This document shows, in pieces, positions 28,144 through 32,000 of a stretch of DNA of 32,000 nucleotides (the first letter of the stretch is position 1; the number at the start of each line of letters is the position of its first letter). The stretch is from Archaeoglobus fulgidus DSM 4304. GTDB lineage: Archaea; Halobacteriota; Archaeoglobi; Archaeoglobales; Archaeoglobaceae. The notes under the pieces were generated by a model. It did no database searches, had not been told where the DNA came from, and saw nothing but the letters and a program-made list of their open reading frames with translations. Made by a program: the position numbers and the translations under genes. The stretch covers positions 450,001 through 482,000 of the forward strand of contig NC_000917.1 of the NCBI RefSeq assembly GCF_000008665.1, written 5' to 3'.

Positions 28144-28768
28144 TTACCGGATGTTGAATCACGTAAATTTTCAGGGAGTTTTTGCCCAGGAAAGAAACAA
28201 CCGGAACGTTAAGGTTAGCACCCTTTGGCCTGGCTACATTTCCGAAAAACATTCCTAGGAGGAAAACCCCGAACCAGGGCAGTAAGGGATAGTAATCAAG
28301 GGTGGTGAAGCCGTAAGGCATTAGTCCGAGCCACACAAGCATATTCGTTCCCACTCTTATCTGGTTGAGAGCTATTCCTGCAAAGAAAAGCGCTATTCCC
28401 GCGGGAAGCTGAATTTTTGGAAATCTCAGAAACAGGTAGCCGAGAAGTGTGGCAAGAGTGAAGAAGTGTATTATCCCGAAAACAACAGTTTTTTCCGGGA
28501 CGAACACCAAGGTAACTGCTGTAATCGCCAAAGAGAGGGCGGCAAGCTTTAAAACCTTCCTCTTCAGCCTGCTAAAATCAGGTTTGACTACGGACAGAGT
28601 ATATCCTGAGATGAAAATAAACATTCCGCCGATGAATCTCGGAAAGTAGTACCAGAAATCCCCCGAAAGCTCTATTTTGCCGAAGTAATGCGCGTCGAAA
28701 AAAGAGTGAAAGAGGAGCATTAAGATTACTGCCGCTCCTCTGGCGATATCTATTTCTGGATACCTCAT
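28091..28768 (-). CDS. DUF1624 / heparan-alpha-glucosaminide N-acetyltransferase-like membrane protein
   Basis: MRYPEIDIARGAAVILMLLFHSFFDAHYFG...ISGYTLSV...GIIHFFTLATLLGYLFLRF; acyltransferase-3-like N-terminus. Confidence 0.78.
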   Translation of the reverse strand: MRYPEIDIARGAAVILMLLFHSFFDAHYFGKIELSGDFWYYFPRFIGGMFIFISGYTLSVVKPDFSRLKRKVLKLAALSLAITAVTLVFVPEKTVVFGIIHFFTLATLLGYLFLRFPKIQLPAGIALFFAGIALNQIRVGTNMLVWLGLMPYGFTTLDYYPLLPWFGVFLLGMFFGNVARPKGANLNVPVVSFLGKNSLKIYVIQHPVIILLLHLYFGDILQQIF

Positions 28769-29544
28769 CTAAAGTATCTCAAATCTTCGTCGCTCTTCCA
28801 CTGCTGAACAGCCATCTCCTGCATCTCTTTGATTTGGGCGATTATTTTTTCCATCTCCTTGGCCCTTTCCTCAAGGGCCTCAACGGAGACTTCAAGACTC
28901 AGCATTTTGCACAGCACGTCGAGAACGACCTTCGCGCTCTTCGGATCGACCATGTAGCCTGATGTAACACCCATGAGACATGCAGCGGGAATCCCTTCGA
29001 GCTCCGACACTCCGAGCAAAAGACCCGATGCGCCTATTATTCCCCCTCCCGGTTCTCCGGGCTCGAACTTCACCCCGTAGCTCTTAAGCTCCTCCACAAT
29101 TTCAGGAGAGTTTGCAGCCCCAATCACGTACGGCTCCTCAACGAGCTTTCCCACGCCGTATCCTCCAAGCGTGTAAATCATTCTCGCCGAGAATTTCTTG
29201 GCAACATCAATGTATGCGTTGACGAGCTCGAAGTGCCCCTCGTTGCTTATGCTCTGGAAGTCCCCAACGAGTATCAACAAATCCGTACCGTTACCGTCTG
29301 ATTTCCAGGCGTAAACCTCATTCTTGGGCATCCTTATTGTCCCATCCTCAAGAACCATCACCTGCGGTGGGAAGTAGTGGGAGTAAATCTCAACCACCTT
29401 CTCAGCCTTCAACTCGTTAACCAAGTGATCAGCAACGAGCTTGCCTACGTGCCCAATGCCGGGAAGCCCCTCTATGAAGACGGGGTTTTCAAGCCCCACC
29501 TCCTCCGGGGATTTCAAAAATCTTACATCAACCTTTTCTAACAT
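28765..29544 (-). CDS. PAC2-family (proteasome assembly chaperone-like) protein
   Basis: PVFIEGLPGIGHVGKLVADHLVNEL, YTLGGYGVGK, GASGLLLGVSEL. Confidence 0.88.
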   Translation of the reverse strand: MLEKVDVRFLKSPEEVGLENPVFIEGLPGIGHVGKLVADHLVNELKAEKVVEIYSHYFPPQVMVLEDGTIRMPKNEVYAWKSDGNGTDLLILVGDFQSISNEGHFELVNAYIDVAKKFSARMIYTLGGYGVGKLVEEPYVIGAANSPEIVEELKSYGVKFEPGEPGGGIIGASGLLLGVSELEGIPAACLMGVTSGYMVDPKSAKVVLDVLCKMLSLEVSVEALEERAKEMEKIIAQIKEMQEMAVQQWKSDEDLRYFR

Positions 29545-29548
29545 TCAT

Positions 29549-29728
29549 TCACCTCCGAAAGCTGAAAAATCCAATTTCCTTCCTCAACTTTCTCCTGTAC
29601 TTACCGTAAGGGTCTTCAATCGAAAATCTCGGTGGGATTGGCATGTGAGTCCTCTCACCGCACACAGGACATCTCTCCTTCAGCGTGTACCTTCCGCATT
29701 TTCCGCACTTTCGCATCAAAACCTTCAT
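29549..29728 (-). CDS. nop10: H/ACA RNP component Nop10 (59 aa; below the ORF track size cut-off)
   Basis: Manual translation: MKVLMRKCGKCGRYTLKERCPVCGERTHMPIPPRFSIEDPYGKYRRKLRKEIGFFSFRR*, the Nop10 zinc-ribbon signature; ATGA overlap with the aIF2-alpha stop. Confidence 0.96.
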   Translation of the reverse strand: MKVLMRKCGKCGRYTLKERCPVCGERTHMPIPPRFSIEDPYGKYRRKLRKEIGFFSFRR

Positions 29729-30528
29729 GCCGCTTCCCTGATGAAGTTGCCCTCTCCACCAAGCTTTTTGATCGCTTTCAGTACATTTTCTGTGGCCTTC
29801 TTCAAAACGTTTTCGGCGGTTTTGTAATCATCCGCCTCTACGACGATTCTGTACTTGGGTGCGCCGACGTACTCAAGCTTCATCTCCACACCATTTACCA
29901 GAGCCTTTTTGGCCTCAAGAAGGGCCTTTTTTATCCTCTCGATTCCGTCAGAAGCGCTGCTCTTAAGCTCGAAGTACCCTCTAACCTTAACCCTTTTGGG
30001 CTTTATGTTCTCCCTGGCTATCTCCGCCATCTCCTTGGCAAACTCTTCCCCTACAATGGGAGCGAGAACCTCATATCCCTCAAAAGCAGCCTCCTCGAAG
30101 GCGGAGTAAACGGAATCGTACTCCTTCATGAGTTTCTTCCCGATTTTCTCAAGCTCCTTGAAATCGATATTCAGCTTTTCGCCGATTATTTCGAGCCACT
30201 TGAATGCCTTCATCTCGTTCTTCCACTGCTGAAGCTTCTCCCTTCTCTGCCTCTCGTTGACGTCCTTTATCGAGAGGTCAATGTGCCCTCTTTTCGGATT
30301 TACATCGAGTACCTTGCATATTACCTTCTGTCCTTTTTTGACGTGCTCCCTGATGTCCTTAATCCAACCTGACGCGACCTCGCTAATGTGAACCATCCCT
30401 TCTCTGCCCTCGTACTCATCAAGGGAAACAAAGGCTCCAAAATCGAGCACCCTCTTAACCGTTCCTATGACAATCTCGCCCTTAGAAGGATAACCACTTC
30501 TCTTTATGATTAGCCTCTTTTCTTTCAT
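29725..30528 (-). CDS. eif2a: Translation initiation factor aIF2 alpha subunit
   Basis: S1 domain GEIVIGTVKRVLDFGAFVSLDEYEGREGMVHISEVASGWIKDIREHVKKGQKVICKVLDVNPKRGHIDLSIKDV. Confidence 0.97.
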   Translation of the reverse strand: MKEKRLIIKRSGYPSKGEIVIGTVKRVLDFGAFVSLDEYEGREGMVHISEVASGWIKDIREHVKKGQKVICKVLDVNPKRGHIDLSIKDVNERQRREKLQQWKNEMKAFKWLEIIGEKLNIDFKELEKIGKKLMKEYDSVYSAFEEAAFEGYEVLAPIVGEEFAKEMAEIARENIKPKRVKVRGYFELKSSASDGIERIKKALLEAKKALVNGVEMKLEYVGAPKYRIVVEADDYKTAENVLKKATENVLKAIKKLGGEGNFIREAA

Positions 30529-30564
30529 CCTTCTCCCTTCCTATTTCAGTGAATTTAAATATTG

Positions 30565-31263
30565 TTACCACGGCAGTTCGGAGGCATTAAAAACCGGCCC
30601 ATCAGCGCAAACTCTCAGACCATTCTCTATCACGCAAGAGCCACAAACACCAATGCCGCACCTCATGTACCTTTCAAGCGAGAACTCAGCCTTGTCAAGT
30701 GCATCCCTCTCCTTCAAAAAGTCGTATGTTGCTCTCAGCATCCCCTCGCTTCCGCAAACGTAGATTTTTTCGTATTCATCGAGCTTTTCAAGCTTTAGGG
30801 CATCTAAAACGGTTCCCTTTAAACCAAAACTTCCGTCCTCGGTTGTAACCGTGATTCTGTCAAATTTATCAAGCCAAAATAAGTTTTTGGCGGTTCTCTC
30901 GCCATAAACAACACTCACTTTTGAGCCGCATTTCATCAGGTACTCGTAAAGATACTTCATTGGTGCAATTCCAATACCCCCCGCAACGATAAGGGCGCGC
31001 TTTGATGGCGTGAAGGCGCTGCCGAACGCACCCCTTACACCGACATACTGCCCCTCTTTTGCATTAATCAGACTTGCGGTGGTCTCGCCAACGGCCTTCA
31101 CCGTTACCGAATTTGAGGAGGATAGGCTGAGTGGTATTTCCTCACAACCCGGAACGTAAACCATTACGAACTGACCGGGGTAAGACCGCAGGCTGATACT
31201 GAAGTACAGTGTAGCCACCTCGTCAGTTAATCGCTCAATTTGCGTGATTCTTGTATAGTACAT
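30565..31263 (-). CDS. pyrK: Dihydroorotate dehydrogenase electron transfer subunit
   Basis: YPGQFVMVYVPGCEEIPLSLS FAD motif; GGIGIAPMKYLYEYL; C-terminal 2Fe-2S ligands RYMRCGIGVCGSCV...C. Confidence 0.93.
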   Translation of the reverse strand: MYYTRITQIERLTDEVATLYFSISLRSYPGQFVMVYVPGCEEIPLSLSSSNSVTVKAVGETTASLINAKEGQYVGVRGAFGSAFTPSKRALIVAGGIGIAPMKYLYEYLMKCGSKVSVVYGERTAKNLFWLDKFDRITVTTEDGSFGLKGTVLDALKLEKLDEYEKIYVCGSEGMLRATYDFLKERDALDKAEFSLERYMRCGIGVCGSCVIENGLRVCADGPVFNASELPW

Positions 31264-31283
31264 GCCCCCGCCTCGACAGCAAC

Positions 31284-31293
31284 ATTTATAAAG
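31284..31293 (-). promoter_or_regulatory. Candidate TATA box for pyrK
   Basis: CTTTATAAAT on the minus strand about 25 nt upstream of the pyrK ATG (31263). Confidence 0.5.
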
Positions 31294-31331
31294 ATATTCG
31301 GAAAATCTTAAACAGTTAATTGTTTAGTTTG

Positions 31332-31350
31332 ATTGCAACTAAGTTGCAAT
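31332..31350. promoter_or_regulatory. Perfect 19-bp palindrome, candidate operator
   Basis: ATTGCAACT-A-AGTTGCAAT (9-bp arms, 1-nt centre) between the divergent pyrK and winged-HTH genes. Confidence 0.5.
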
Positions 31351-31413
31351 GCTTTTACCATAATATGAAATTGTACCAAAGGTTTGTACTCATAACTGGT
31401 AACTTTTTGGAAA

Positions 31414-31424
31414 AGCTTAAATAC
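31414..31424 (+). promoter_or_regulatory. Candidate TATA box for the winged-HTH gene
   Basis: AGCTTAAATAC ending about 20 nt before the ATG at 31444. Confidence 0.5.
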
Positions 31425-31443
31425 AAGTGCATCTTAATAGCAC

Positions 31444-31668
31444 ATGATGATGACCGACCTACCCGAAAACATACGCAAAACTGCTGTGGCTCTGCTTAGG
31501 CTTGGGGAGGCAACTGCTGAGGACATAGCCAAAATTACCGGGCGTAAAAGGTCCACGGAAAGCTACTACCTGAACCTGATGGCTGACTTGAAGCTTGTCA
31601 AGAAAAAGAAGGTTGGTCGAAAAATCTACTTCATCTTCAACTCTCGCGACCAAGAAAAAAGGCAATAG
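31444..31668 (+). CDS. Small winged helix-turn-helix transcriptional regulator-like protein
   Basis: 74 aa; LPENIRKTAVALLRLGEATAEDIAKITGRKRSTESYYLNLMADLKLVKKKKVGRKIYFIFN, wHTH pattern. Confidence 0.8.
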   Translation: MMMTDLPENIRKTAVALLRLGEATAEDIAKITGRKRSTESYYLNLMADLKLVKKKKVGRKIYFIFNSRDQEKRQ

Positions 31669-31878
31669 TCCGTTTTTTGAAGGGTCACTTTTTCAGGTTG
31701 TTGGTTGTAGTTATGCTGATTTGATTATTATTGCAGTTTAATTTATAAGTTATTTAATTCTTTAATATACCATAAAAATAATTTTTTTATTAAATTTTGT
31801 GATATTATAATAGGCTTTAAAAAATAAAAAAATCCACCGATATTTTAGCAATATAATTATACATCTTGTCTAAAATTA

Positions 31879-31899
31879 TGTTACACAATTTTTGTAACA
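31879..31899. repeat. Short inverted repeat in AT-rich intergenic DNA
   Basis: TGTTACA-CAATTTT-TGTAACA, 7-bp arms with 7-nt loop. Confidence 0.35.
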
Positions 31900-32000
31900 A
31901 AAATTTTTAGGATTTCCTAAAACATAAAGAAAGAGTAACTCAGTTGTTTCAAAAATTATGTGAATAAGGGAATTCGGATGTGTTTAATGGGGGGTAACTG

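Noticed and set aside
1-32000. CRISPR arrays, transposases, integrases, toxin-antitoxin or restriction modules
   Set aside because: No regularly spaced direct repeats and no matching protein motifs were seen by eye in either strand.
1-32000. tRNA or rRNA genes
   Set aside because: No GTTCRANYC-type T-loop/acceptor pairing or rRNA-like conserved blocks noticed; a tRNAscan-SE/Infernal run would settle this, including for H/ACA or C/D box sRNAs which I cannot exclude.

Overview
The window is an ordinary chromosomal stretch from a hyperthermophilic, sulfate-reducing-type euryarchaeon. Gene content and protein sequences look like Archaeoglobus fulgidus; that is recognition from memory, not a database search. 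I see no CRISPR array, rRNA, tRNA, transposase or phage module. Left to right: the 3' end of exosome rrp4, then rrp41 and rrp42; a frame-broken Yip1-like membrane gene; family B DNA polymerase; a large acyl-CoA dehydrogenase; a five-gene Hme/DsrOPMKJ-like menaquinol-oxidising membrane complex; a UPF0282 metallo-beta-lactamase and a PHP protein; a CCG Fe-S/FAD oxidoreductase pair (GlcF/GlcD-like); pdxS-pdxT-DMT transporter; rps6e; a methyltransferase; an orphan protein; an alpha/beta hydrolase; a thioredoxin-fold/HEAT-like fusion; MCM helicase; a KaiC/RadA-like protein with an eroded P-loop; a Cgi121-like KEOPS subunit; archaeal shikimate kinase; a GNAT; an M20 peptidase; two membrane proteins; PAC2, Nop10 (not in the ORF track) and aIF2-alpha; pyrK; and a small winged-HTH protein with a palindrome in the divergent intergenic region. 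The most notable result is that four genes (Yip1-like, GlcD-like, MCM, GNAT) are each broken by what reads as a single missing nucleotide, and family-typical sequence continues in the -1 frame. A fifth possible case is a small membrane protein at 1854-2122. I did not find a convincing new defence or mobile system.
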